Shown: piece after piece, positions 52,101 through 63,580 of the stretch | Numbering within the stretch: the stretch's first letter is position 1 | Layout of the letters: each line of letters opens with the position of its first letter | Assembly: GCA_021613535.1 (NCBI GenBank) | Contig: CP075494.1 | Span: 2,604,001-2,668,000 of the forward strand | DNA from: Adineta vaga | Lineage: Eukaryota > Animalia > Rotifera | DNA length: 64,000 nucleotides | Reading direction: 5' to 3' | The notes under the pieces: generated by a model | What the model was told of the DNA's origin: nothing | Seen by the model: only the letters and a program-made list of their open reading frames with translations | The model's database searches: none | Translations under genes and position numbers: made by a program

Positions 52101-55100
52101 AACAAAATTAAAGACTTTTGTTTTTTTTGTGGTTGAGAACCCATGGAAATACCCTCAATCATTTTTTCTCTTATTCATTTATTTTTTGAACGTACCGCAA
52201 GAATTCAATAAGAAATCAAATTTTTGTATGCGCATATTGGATCCATCAGCAATAAATATGTTTCCATAACTATCGAAACTAAGAGTTGATGGAAGGAATA
52301 ATTGATGGGATTGTGATCCTCGTCCACCACATCCAATTATACATCGAATATCATTTGATCTTGATCGAATTATACGATGATTCATATTATCAACAATAAA
52401 AAGATATTTATCAGCATCTAATACAATTCCAGATGGACAATAGAGTGGAATAATTCTATTTGATGATCCTTGTCCAACTATTGTTGCTCCATTTAATTCT
52501 CCGGATTTAAATAATTGGATTCGATCATTGAAACAATCTGCCACATATAAATCAAAGTTTAAATCAACAAAGATTCCCTCCGGGTGGGAAAGTTCATCTG
52601 AAGCATAACCACTAATACCTGTTCCAGCTGCAGTTGTTAATATCATTTTATTACCATTTAACCATCTTTTCACAATTTTATGATCAAAAGACATTGAACA
52701 ATATAAAGTATCATTAATATCGATAAAGAGACCAGAACATGGTGAATCAACATTCATGTCATTAACAAAAGTATTTGTATTTGATATCCATTTATCAACT
52801 CGACCATTCGTAAAATAATTATCATAATAAATATCACCATTATTTGTAACGAAGATGGACTCTGACTGAAAGAAATCGCCAGAAATAATATTATTTGGAT
52901 TGATACTATTGTTAATCCACATTAAGATTTCATGTTTCTCTTGATTAACTGTATAAACTGTGTTGTTCGTATTAATAAAAAGGAAGAAAAGGCCCTCCCC
53001 AAGTGTTGTTTGATTAGCAAAAGTAATTCCAAAAGGATTCCAAGCTGGTGTTGGACAAAACTTTGGTTGATTAAATGAAGATGCTAAAATGAAAAGTTTC
53101 AGATAAAAATCTCCTCAAAATAATTTGTCATTTCAAAGAGCTATTTTTCTTAAAAACACAAATCAAAAATAATTTTAATGGTTTCTCTTCAAAACGGTTT
53201 AATTTAATTTCAAAATCTAAATCATTTAATACAAATTCATTTATTTGACTATTAAAAATTATTTAAACACATTGTCCATTAAATGTTTTGTTTATTTTAA
53301 ACAAGAAAAATTATTCTAAAAAATAAAATTATTCATTTACGAAAAAAACAATTCCCAGAAGGTTTTTCATTTAACTTAATCATCTAAAATAATCAATATT
53401 TTAGAAAAAACTGATTTCATCTAATGAAAAATTCTTTCTAGAATATTTTGTTACATTCTCTATTTTCGCTTTTGTCTCAAGCGAATCAGTTGATGACCTG
53501 TGAGAAAAATCAAAGTGAATAACATTTGATTATTCTCTTTTTGAAATCAATTATTAATTAATACAAATCTTATAGCGAATTTTACAATAAATTGATGAAT
53601 GAAATTCAATCTTCTTGTTCATTATCAAATTGTAGAATCATGAATTCTATTAGATGCTCCTCATTTTTCTCCCTTTCATCGAGAATACATCGTATTCTGC
53701 AACGTTGAACATCGAAGGAATAGAGGTGGCACTTTAACTTTAACTTTAAACAAAAAGTTAAAGTTTAAAGTTGTTTAAAAATACTAAATATAGAAGTTTA
53801 ACGCGACTTTAAGCAACTTTATAGTTTACCTTTTGCTTTAAAGTTAAAGTTAATATGCTAGCCCTACGCAGGAATTCATTATAATTCCGGAATCACGCCC
53901 TCCTCCTCACTCGCATGTATTGTATTGTGCTGGTTAGTTACTCCATTTGGACACGATCTAATTCCAATACGGAATTAAGGCGAGACGGAATTGAACACAA
54001 TTCCAAAAATTGATGGAATTCGATGAATTTCGAGAAGGTCTCGGATGCTATAAGTCGATCGAGTTCCCCGAATGGATTTCGGTGTGGAACTGGTTCCTGG
54101 AATGTTCAACATTGCGGAATAGGATGACTGCTCCTTTAAACTGTCTACAACTATATTCTTATTGTTTCATCTTTATCAATTATACTTCTATACTTCTATA
54201 CTTATCACACTATCTCTAATCTAAATCTATATTTGTGTATCTTTATAATGATCACTGTCTCTTTAGAAATAAATTCCTCGGAATCATTTTCGCAATTTCA
54301 GTTGTTAAATGTAGATATTTAAATATATCTGTACTTGTCAGTAAGATAAACACAAATCTTTTGAAAAATATTTCATTTTCAAATCAAATAGATCAACATT
54401 ATTATTTGGCGCTAGGACAGAATATCGCAAGACAAAATGTCGCGGACAAAATGTTGCAACACATTATAAATTGAAATATCCACGATTCATCCATCAGTTT
54501 TGATTTAAAGTAACAATAGAGATGGCAAAAATCTGTAAACAGTACTGGTTTTTGAGAAAATCTCAGAACAGAACTTGAAAGAAGCTCAAACTCTTTAAAA
54601 ATATCAGGAATAACCAGCACTCATCAGAAGAATTTTGTCTGAGATTGTGTAAAATCAGGCGAACAAGATAAAAATCATCTACAACAACTGCAGACGTGGA
54701 GAATCCAAGGTTTCAGAAGACTACGAAAGTTGACAAAATATCATAAGATCTAACGATAGCAATTTGGAATATTCGTCTTTCGTAAATATTTTATAAAAAC
54801 ATACAAGTATTTAAAGAAAATTCAAAACCTTTTCTTATGGTACGTATAAAACTTTCATTCTCAGGGCTCTTTCCATATCTATATAAAATCCGTACTATAT
54901 AATGTGACCAACTACTTTCAGTTGGGTTCTGAGATTTTCTCAAAAACCAATACTGTTTACAGATTTTTGTCATCTCTATTGTTACTTTAAATCAAAACTG
55001 ATGGATGAATCGTGGATATTTCAATTTATAATGTGTTGCAACATTTTGTCCGCGACATTTTGTCTTGCGATATTCTGCCCGATCATCCTTCGATTGTCAA

Positions 55101-57167
55101 CGAAAGAATAGAATTTATAGAAAATATTCTTATCGATTTTAAATAATTATGTCATTCAAAGAAAATTTGAAGTCACATTTTTAATCCACAAATCGAAGAA
55201 AATCTGGTAAATATAATATCTGATATTTGTTTATCTGATCTTAGTATAAATAAATGTCGACATGTTAACCTCAAAAGGGTGTGGGTGTGGGTGTGGGTGT
55301 GGATGTGGGTGTGATGGATACACATGACACACGAAACAGTGCTACCAACTTATGTAAGCACACCCACACCCACACCCACATCCACACCCACACCCTCAAG
55401 TATTTATTCTATTCATTACTTATGTACACATTTATCGAGTGAAGTTTTATTGTGTAACAAAACACAATTTCATTACATGTCTTTTGAACTCATAGGTGAA
55501 CTACATTTCTTCTTCTTCTTTGCTTATTTGTGTCTTTAATTAGCACATTGGATGTATCTTGCATCAAGTTATAACTAGATTTTCCTCGTAACTAAATGCC
55601 ATTGAATGCAAGCTTTGGAAACGCATGTCAAACCATCAGAAAGATTAAAATGACGGTTCGAGTCGAACCGATGAACGCGTGCGCGATGATTTCGTTTGGA
55701 TATCAGAGCTTCATTCGAGTCCAAAATACTATGAGTGAATCGGTCTAGACACATAGTTCCTTCATCGTTTATTATACTACATATAGTCTAACCACTATGA
55801 ATAATGCTAACATTTCATAGTGATAAACAGAATGTTAAGGTGTTACTGAAGGAAGTAAATTGAATGATTAGAAACTTTGAAAGAGATGTTTCATCCCTAC
55901 GTAAAATCCGATATAACTAAAAGAAAGTCAGTATGGATAACAGGTGTTATGTCATCTTTCTGGAACTATGAGAGTTTTATTGATTTGTCAATTTATGACT
56001 ATGTCTTTACACATATATATTTAACAATGGAATTTCGAACAGAGATCTGATTACTATGTATACATCGTAGTTTATGATGTATAGACATCTCTGGGCATGA
56101 GTTTTTTCGCGGAAAAGCATAAGCAGCTAAGAGTTTCTGCAAAGATTTTTCTAAGCTTGTGCATCCCTATTATATACGTCATCAAACGACATACTGACTT
56201 ACACTTATCAACTACTTACACATAAGCATCCATTCAAGTCTACAACTACATTCAGACCAAAATCTCACCCGATAAAAGTTCAATGAAATCAGTGATTTCT
56301 TTTTTCGTTTCATGAGTTTCCAAGATATCTCCATGTCTTTTATAAAGTTCATAGCAATCGCGTTTTTTTTTTGCATTTACTATATCGAGAAAGAAACTTC
56401 CATCATATATTTGGAACCATGACGCGTACATACGGGTAAAATCTCAGATCGAAGTATTGTCATTAGATATTTGTGTAAATATCTTGTTATAGATGGAAAA
56501 CTCAATATAATAGTCATAGTCCTGGAATGATGATATGAGGACCATTATCCCAACGAGGTTTTTATATCTTTATCGGATGGATGGGTGTGGGTGTTGATGT
56601 CTCTTCTCTATCTAGACCAACATCGATACTCTCCCACTATGAATACCGTCCCAATATGTGTAAGTGATGGACTCTAGCTATTGAGCTTTATTACACAGAT
56701 TTTACAAAACAGACTGTACTTGATGATCTTGCTCTTTGAGACTGTATCTACTGTGTTTGGGAGGATAGAATTCATCAATGAAGCTCCACCAAATGCATTC
56801 TATCTTATGAATTCTCACCGACAAACTTCATCCGCTGGATTCTTATCGATTGATTTCACTGTTTGATTTCTATGAACTCAACGCCTGTCATTGACGTCTA
56901 CCTGAGAAAACATCCTAACGAACTATAAATAAAATGCTGTACTTGATGCAATTTTACTGATCGAATGGATTCTTCTCAATAAACATTATGCAATAGTTTC
57001 TGTGAAAATCTAAGAACAGATTGTTTAACTCTCCTAAGTCAAATTTCGAACATTTTAAGTTAAATACAAAAAGAAAAAGAAATGATTGATAAATAATAAT
57101 AATTACCTGGTATTTGATTGATCATTAGCAACAGAATCATGACGATATTGAAATTCTTGTTCATCAT
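46140..57167 (-). CDS. Multi-exon receptor: signal peptide, NHL propeller, three repeated ~128-aa extracellular domains (PPC-like), and a rhodopsin-type 7TM
   Basis: Exons 57167-57107, 53083-52196, 50765-50379, 49685-49302, 47873-47490 and 47182-46140, all joined by phase-1 GT-AG introns. The 7TM has CGTYLLASS and ACVAIERA (DRY-like). Confidence 0.8.
47245..47313. repeat. Inverted telomere-like unit #11 (intronic)
   Basis: TGTGGATGTGGGTGTGGGTGTGGGTGG...CTACACCCACACCCACA. Confidence 0.85.
49164..49259. repeat. Inverted telomere-like unit #12 (intronic)
   Basis: TGAGGGTGTGGATGTGGGTGG...ACACCCACACCCATATCCACATCCATACCCACCCTC. Confidence 0.85.
50943..51799. mobile_element. Non-autonomous TIR element with GGGCAAAA termini
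   Basis: ATAT|GGGCAAAA ... TTTTGCCC|ATAT; repeated internal GTCACGTC motif. Confidence 0.55.
51889..51925. repeat. Minimal inverted telomere-like unit #13 (intronic)
   Basis: GGTGTGGATA-TTATATATTAACATCG-TATCCACACCC. Confidence 0.6.
54408..55088. mobile_element. Foldback/MITE with ~155-bp TIRs
   Basis: 54415-54569 is a near-perfect reverse complement of about 54926-55080; a related end (..TAGCGCC) occurs at about 60380-60451. Confidence 0.85.
55277..55399. repeat. Inverted telomere-like unit #14 (intronic), long and near-perfect
   Basis: About 6 GGGTGT units - 45-nt spacer - about 6 ACACCC units, ending CCCTCAA. Confidence 0.92.
56575..56636. repeat. Degenerate telomere-like unit #15 (intronic)
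   Basis: GGATGGATGGGTGTGGGTGT followed by a weak C-arm CTCTCCCAC. Confidence 0.5.
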
Positions 57168-57823
57168 AATATAAAACAACATTTTTTGTTTTATCTTTAT
57201 CAATGAAAAATAAAAGTGAAATTCTTTTAATAAGACTAGGCGATTGATATTCTTGTTCGAGCAAAACAAGTGAAATTAATTCTTCATCTCCCTTTTTTCT
57301 GTTCTCTTGATCAATAAATATCATATAGAAAAACAGCGACATATTTTGACAGACAATTTTTCGTTGATAATTTTGATTATTATTATTTAAATTTAATCGT
57401 CAATTCTTCGCATGATTTTCTTTCAAATTTTGAATCTGATAGGATTTTATTTTGAAAAAGAAAACATCACAATGAATTTCATTCAAAAATATCTACTTTT
57501 TTAGATGAAAAGCGTGATAAAAAAAAAGAATAATTTTGGTCAAACATTGTGTTAATATTTAGACATGATCAAAATCAAATATCAATTTCAATGATTAATA
57601 AGTGATTGACGTCTGTCAAATATATTTTCTAAATAATCAGTTTTGTTAGGACTTCATTTTATCATGTTCTTTTATGTTGTTTTTATTCAATGAACGTGAT
57701 CAAATCTCTGATAAAATTAATAATTGATGAAAATATCTCAAGATGATTCATTTATCAAATTATTACCTTCGAGATATTTTTCAAATAATTTCAAGTAGAT
57801 ATCTAAGAATGATGCTATGCGTA

Positions 57824-57887
57824 TTGAGCGTGTGGGTGGGTGTGAGTGTATAATTCATATAATACTCACACTCACATCCACACCCTC
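57824..57887. repeat. Inverted telomere-like unit #16
   Basis: TTGAGCGTGTGGGTGGGTGTGAGTGT...ACTCACACTCACATCCACACCCTC. Confidence 0.85.
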
Positions 57888-58065
57888 TTAATCTTACAGT
57901 GAATTTATTTCTCATAATCCATCATTTCATCAAGTGTGTTCAAGTGATTTTGTTTCTAATCATTGGATTAAATCATTTTATTTCGGAGATACTACAACAA
58001 ATTATCTTGCAAGTGATTATCGCGCTATAGTAAGTGCATTTTCTCAATCATTAACGAGTTTTTGT
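57888..58065 (+). pseudogene. ~180-bp internal fragment of a 2-TM Cys-rich family gene
   Basis: SYSEFISHNPSFHQVCSSDFVSNHWI...DYR...QSLTSFC aligns by eye with YHEICSSEFISSRWI...DVR...LLSTLC of exon 13213-14556. Confidence 0.8.
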
Positions 58066-58120
58066 GGGTGGTTGGGTGTGGGTGAAACTAGATATAGTAT
58101 CAACACCCACCCACACCCTC
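58063..58120. repeat. Inverted telomere-like unit #17
   Basis: TGTGGGTGGTTGGGTGTGGGTG-AAACTAGATATAGTATCA-ACACCCACCCACACCCTC. Confidence 0.88.
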
Positions 58121-58789
58121 GTTCATATATTCATTCGTACGATAGTAACACGGCGGACGATAAACTTTACCAACGCTCGTTGCTCTTCTCACTTCCTTTG
58201 AGAGAACAGAAAGAGAAAAGTATTTATTGCAGTATGACTCGTCAATCAAGATGTACGCAAGGGAGCATTTTTTTCTGTGCGTCTATTTGGTAGCATAATT
58301 AAAAACGACGGAATACGTCCTTTTCATATTTTTAGATTCTTTATACCTTTTGCTTTACTGCTTTTCATTGCAGATCACTTCAGTTTTCATAAATCTAAAT
58401 AGTTCAGAGTTGTGCGTCACGGTAAGACCATCCTTTGTCGAAGACAATTGGAAAAAACTAGACGTTTGGAATTAGCATTAAGCTTTCCTACCATACGCTG
58501 TTGATCCTGTATCTTCCAGATTATAAGACCAATGAACTCGAAATTATTATCAGCGATGAAAAACCTAAAATGACGAGACAACTGTTCCAGAAAAGTTTCT
58601 TGCACCCGTTTTCATAATATCTTATGAAAAACTTTAGTTTTCTGTAGATTCTCCACTTGCCACGAGAACCTTTTTATAATCTTATCCAATTGGGCTGCGA
58701 TATATCTTTTAGATTCGTTGCCAAAACGTCGAAAAACAAATGTTGCACTTGAAAAAAGTCGAAAAAAAGAATGTCGACTATATAAAATA

Positions 58790-58850
58790 GGGTGTGGGTG
58801 TGGACATATAATGCATCTTAAACGGACAACCCACACCCATCCACCACACC
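58790..58850. repeat. Inverted telomere-like unit #18
   Basis: GGGTGTGGGTGTGG...ACCCACACCCATCCACCACACC. Confidence 0.85.
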
Positions 58851-59115
58851 TTCTGTTATTAATTACGAATTTCGTTTCTTCATCGCTTTCACCCTCTTTC
58901 AATTGATCCGAATCAACTTTTTTGCTATTCTGTACAGATTGTTGTACTAAACAACGAAGAGAAAACTTTCATTGTATTTCGAATGAAAAGATTTCTTACT
59001 CAATTCTTCTCTGATCGATTTGGCTGATGGAGCCAAAGGAAATTGATATAACAACGATGTTATCTGAGGATCTCGGTTACCTTCTGCACCATCCCAGGTA
59101 AAGTCACGATAACAG

Positions 59116-59167
59116 TTGAGGGTGTGGGTATATCGTCTTCACTCACACCCACACCCCGCACCCACCC
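59116..59167. repeat. Inverted telomere-like unit #19
   Basis: TTGAGGGTGTGGGT-ATATCGTCTTC-ACTCACACCCACACCCCGCACCCACCC. Confidence 0.85.
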
Positions 59168-59653
59168 GTCTGACCTTTTGAACTTGGTGTGTCCTTTAGC
59201 TGTCTTTGAACTGTAATCGACATTCGTCGTTTCTTCATTTTTCTTTTCATCGTTTTCAATAAACGTCATTACGAAGATCTCGACTCATCTTGTTCATCAT
59301 TGTCAATACCGAAGTAGGAAAACTAAATATATCAGCTGAACCAATATAGATCTCAGCTTTCTGTTATTTTCCATCCAGCCTATTAACGTCTAGTGAGCAG
59401 GAGACTTTGGTCGTAAGAGAAAGCTAACAATATCGAAGCAATGAAATGTGTGCATTGTTTCGCAAATGGGTGATGCTGGACAGTACTTATCAAATATAAA
59501 TGTTTGATATATTAATAGAAAATAAGTGAAACTCTTTCGATTCGATATGCACGACATCATGAAAGATATTGTAAATAGAATATACGATAAATGTGATGTT
59601 AAACCACATTCAAACGTACTCACAACTGATAGCAATACGGTTGACATAAGATA

Positions 59654-59707
59654 TGTGGTAGTGGGTGAAGAGAAGAGTATTTGCCACACCCACACCCACA
59701 CCCTCAA
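59654..59707. repeat. Inverted telomere-like unit #20
   Basis: TGTGGTAGTGGGTG-AAGAGAAGAGTATTTG-CCACACCCACACCCACACCCTCAA. Confidence 0.85.
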
Positions 59708-60021
59708 GTTGGCAAACAAGACACTTTTGATGTGTCATTTAAAAAAATACAAAGATAGGAATGTTCAGGACAAATCGATGACGTACAGTTAACTTCGCCA
59801 GCTCCATTTTTACATGAGCAATAATTATCACATCTATTGTAGGTGTTATTGCATGACCACTGCTCGCAGTTTGTCTCATCTGTTTCATTTTGTCCATCAA
59901 TCAGTACCGGTAACAATTCGATTTTCCCGTCGTATATCGTTTGAAAGGAAATATGCCTTCTTACTCACCGTGTGTCTTCATCCTTGTCATCTTCGCCATT
60001 TGGACAATCTTCTGTTTCATC
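59708..60021 (-). pseudogene. Internal fragment of an LDLa-like Cys-rich protein gene
   Basis: DETEDCPNGEDD...IDGQNETDETNCEQWSCNNTYNRCDNYCSCKNGAGEVNC, bounded by units #20 and #21. Confidence 0.75.
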
Positions 60022-60073
60022 TTGAGGGTGCGGTTGGGTGAGGATATCTGCACTTCACTCACACCCACACCCA
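60022..60073. repeat. Inverted telomere-like unit #21
   Basis: TTGAGGGTGCGGTTGGGTG-AGGATATCTGCACTT-CACTCACACCCACACCC. Confidence 0.85.
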
Positions 60074-60685
60074 TCCGAAATTGCTATTATTGAATCTCAT
60101 GATGTTTTGTCAACTTTCGCAGCATTTTGAAACCTTGCAATCTTGGCCTTTGCAGTTGCTGTGGAAGATTTTTATTTTCTTCACCTGATTTTATAAAATC
60201 TAAAACAAAATTCTTGTGACGGGTGCCATTGATTCCTAAGCTTGATAAAGAGCTTAAACTGCTTTAAAATTTCATTCGCAGGTTTTCTCAAAAATCAGAG
60301 TGTTCTTCACTATTTTTTTTGAATTCTATAGTCATTTTCTACCAAAAGTGATTTATGAATCGCATATACTTCAAATAATAATATATTGCAACATTTTGTC
60401 CACAGCGTTTTCTCCGCGATATTTTGCTTTGCAACATTCAGTATTAGCGCCAGAACGATTGTGAAATAAAACTCAATAAACACATGAAATTATGATATTT
60501 CAATGAATTTCAAAACTTTAGTGAAATGTTAATACAAATTAAATATTAACATTAGTTTATGAATCAATATGATTCTCTTGGTAAAAACCGAAATGATGTC
60601 ATTTTTGCGTTTCTTTATTGCATATAAAAAACTCTGTTAATAACTATTCTATCGATGAAGAAAAAAATATCACTATTAAATCAAA

Positions 60686-61367
60686 ATGGACGATTCAAAT
60701 GAAGATTCAGTATTTCAACCATCAAAACCAAAAACATCTACAAAAAATAATTGTCAATCTTCAAAAAGAAAAATCAAAATTCCTTCATCTATAATATTAT
60801 TTCTAATTTATTTTCTAATATTAATTATTCCAATAGTTAAATTCATTCTTGGAATTATTTATTATAACCGTTGTACAACACAACCATCAATTTCTAATTA
60901 TGCTATTGTTTCAGCAGTATTTGAAATAACTCTTTATATTCTTTTTATACCAGTAAAAAGTTCTTTATTTTTCAATATCTAATTATGCTTTATTTAATAT
61001 TAATAGAGTATGTTCTTAGCTGTTACAATATCTGAGAAGGCAGTAAGTGAAGATGCATGTTGTGCATGTTTATTAACAGGTTGTTATACAATCTTTCTTT
61101 TTATTATTATAATTATTATTGATATTAATAATAACAGTAAGTTGTTTGACATCAAATTTTTGTTTGTTTCTAATTTTTATTTTTCAGGATGGAATTTATG
61201 TATTATCTGTACGAGGAACTGTACAACATTCTAATCCAAATGCGATAATGTATTGTCATCCAGTACTTTATAATTGTGTATTTTGGACAGTTATTGTCTA
61301 TTATAGCATTTTTGCTATTTTTGTTTTTGCTTTTATTATTTGTTTAATTAAATGTTTTATATCCTAA
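60686..61367 (+). CDS. TMEM272-like multi-pass membrane protein, spliced
   Basis: IPIVKFILGIIYYNRCTTQPSI..Y and YCHPVLYNCVFW motifs; short GT-AG introns at about 60953-61008 and 61137-61187. Confidence 0.6.
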
Positions 61368-62159
61368 AATTTTTCTCCTTATAAAAGAAAGAATAGACGA
61401 ATATTTGAGAGTGATTGAAGAATTTTATTGATTTTTCACGAAAATTTCTTTTTTTGAAAGAAAGGGTTATACACTGTAAAAAAAAAAGGATTTTTCCCAA
61501 ATCATAAATGGATCTTCCCACCGACACACGGGAAGATCCTCTTTTGGTTCAGTAAAACACTCTTTTTTTTAATCATCATCTTACATGCTCCGTATTGAGT
61601 TATTTCAGAACACATCCTTCGAAGATTTGTTTCGAAGGTCCCCTCCAACTCTGACAAATACCATCTTGAGGGTGGATGTTGGCCATTCTACTAAATTCAT
61701 TGGCATTGATTGTAAACAGAAAAGAAGATGAGATGTAGTTTATCACATATTATCACTTACCTAATTCTATGTCGGTCTATTGTAAACCGATCGTCGGCCG
61801 ATACGAACAGACATATCTTTCACAGAGTCCTGTCCGTTTGCTAAATGAACTAGTGGCAGGTGTCAATGGTTTGGTAGAAAGTTCGCTGAACTATAACAAT
61901 CTTTATGATGCCATTGATCGTTTAAGTACAACTTTCACCAAACTATTTTAACCCTTTCCAGCCGGATATATCCATTTTGGGACAAGTTGATGCGTTTAGA
62001 AAATAAAAAAAGCATTCACCAAAAAAATAACCAGTCTTATCCAAAATGCACTGAAAAAGAGTTCGAATCATGAAAGTCGATTCTCTATATCTGTGAATAT
62101 TTTATATCACAGGCGATTAGCGGTAAAATTTTCCCCGTAGAACTGTTAGATATTGAACT

Positions 62160-63085
62160 ATTAAGTGGTATTATTAAGTAATTCTGTGCGATAAAAACTA
62201 AAGATGTATCCAAGTAGATACATCCGACTGGAAAGAGTTAATCCTTTATTACTTCGTCGAAAATTTATTAGCGTACTTGATAAAATGCATATTCCATATA
62301 TATCGTCACTTGATGAAGGTGTATGATGATGAATGTGTTTCATTAGCAAATCATTTTAATTGTTATTTAATGGCTACTGATAGTGATTATTTTTGTGATA
62401 ATCTACATTGTGATTATATTCCATTTGAATCTCTTGATTTTATTCCAAAAACTAAACATGGATGTGTTTATTTAAAAACAAAAACATTAGCTTTAGCTTG
62501 TTCTCTTTATGGTAATGATTATATTGAAAGAGATTTAACTATTAAAATTATTAATTATATGCGAATAATAGTGAATCAAAACAAACACAAAATCTTTGGA
62601 ATGAATGAGAAATATGAATGTTGTAGATGAAGCTATTGATTATTTATTAAAAGAGACTTATTTAAATTCAACAAATGAATTATATCGATTTCGTTTATCA
62701 AATAATTCTAATTCAGATCTTCATACAAATTCTATATTTATTCAACTTACTCAATCATATGTTAATACACTTCATATGGTAAAATATTATCTTTTTATTT
62801 TAGAATAATAAAGAAATAAAAGATTTTATCGATGAAATTTTACAAAATATTAAAAATCAATATAATCATTCATTACCTTTATTTTTTGCTGATGCAATAA
62901 TTACTCTGTAAAGCATTTATTGAAGTTAAAAAGAAACCATCAATATTTACTTATGCCATTCCGAATATTTTACCACGTTTTTCTATTTTATTTAAATATC
63001 AACAAGAACAAAATGATTTATCAATCAGTTTTTATCATCGGAAAGAAGATCAATTAGAAAAAGATGATTATTTTATAAACAAGTG
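62160..63085 (+). pseudogene. Degraded asteroid/XPG-like PIN-domain gene
   Basis: DDECVSLANHFNCYLMATDSDYF and LACSLYGNDY motifs, with frameshifts and stops. Confidence 0.6.
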
Positions 63086-63580
63086 ACGCTCATCGTATAC
63101 CGACTTACTTAACCCTCGACTGTAGAAGGAGAGTCTCTTTTTCTACGCACTCTCTCATCCTAGAAAGAAAAGAAATCGCAGCTTCAGCGTGGATGAACAT
63201 AAAACTTCCTGGACTCAATGGTACCCTCACACACACGATTAAATAGCATAGAATGATAGAGCTTTTTTCGTTCTATCATCCTATGTAAAAAGAAACTTTG
63301 ATCAAGCTTAATATGTGACACTAAAATGTCGTTGCTACTACTTTTTGGATATCCCTAAGTAAATGTAATAAATCTCAACATTAATCTTCCTTGTTGTTTT
63401 TTCTCATAAAAAAATATTTTTTGTCGTCTGTAAATATGCAAATATTTCATCATTTATTGGACTGTTAGTGTGCTGCATTGCATTAGTTTTTTTTACTTTC
63501 CTTCTTTTTTTTTTCATCACATCGTATAAAGACGCTTTACAGACCTTGACGCTGATAATAAACTTGCGCGTCATAAAAAC

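Noticed and set aside
171-60073. Repeat-spacer units as a CRISPR-like memory
   Set aside because: They are dispersed and inverted, with variable arm and spacer lengths. No leader or associated gene is visible.
61666-61682. TTGAGGGTGGATG as a further scar arm
   Set aside because: It is too short and has no C-arm, so it could be chance.
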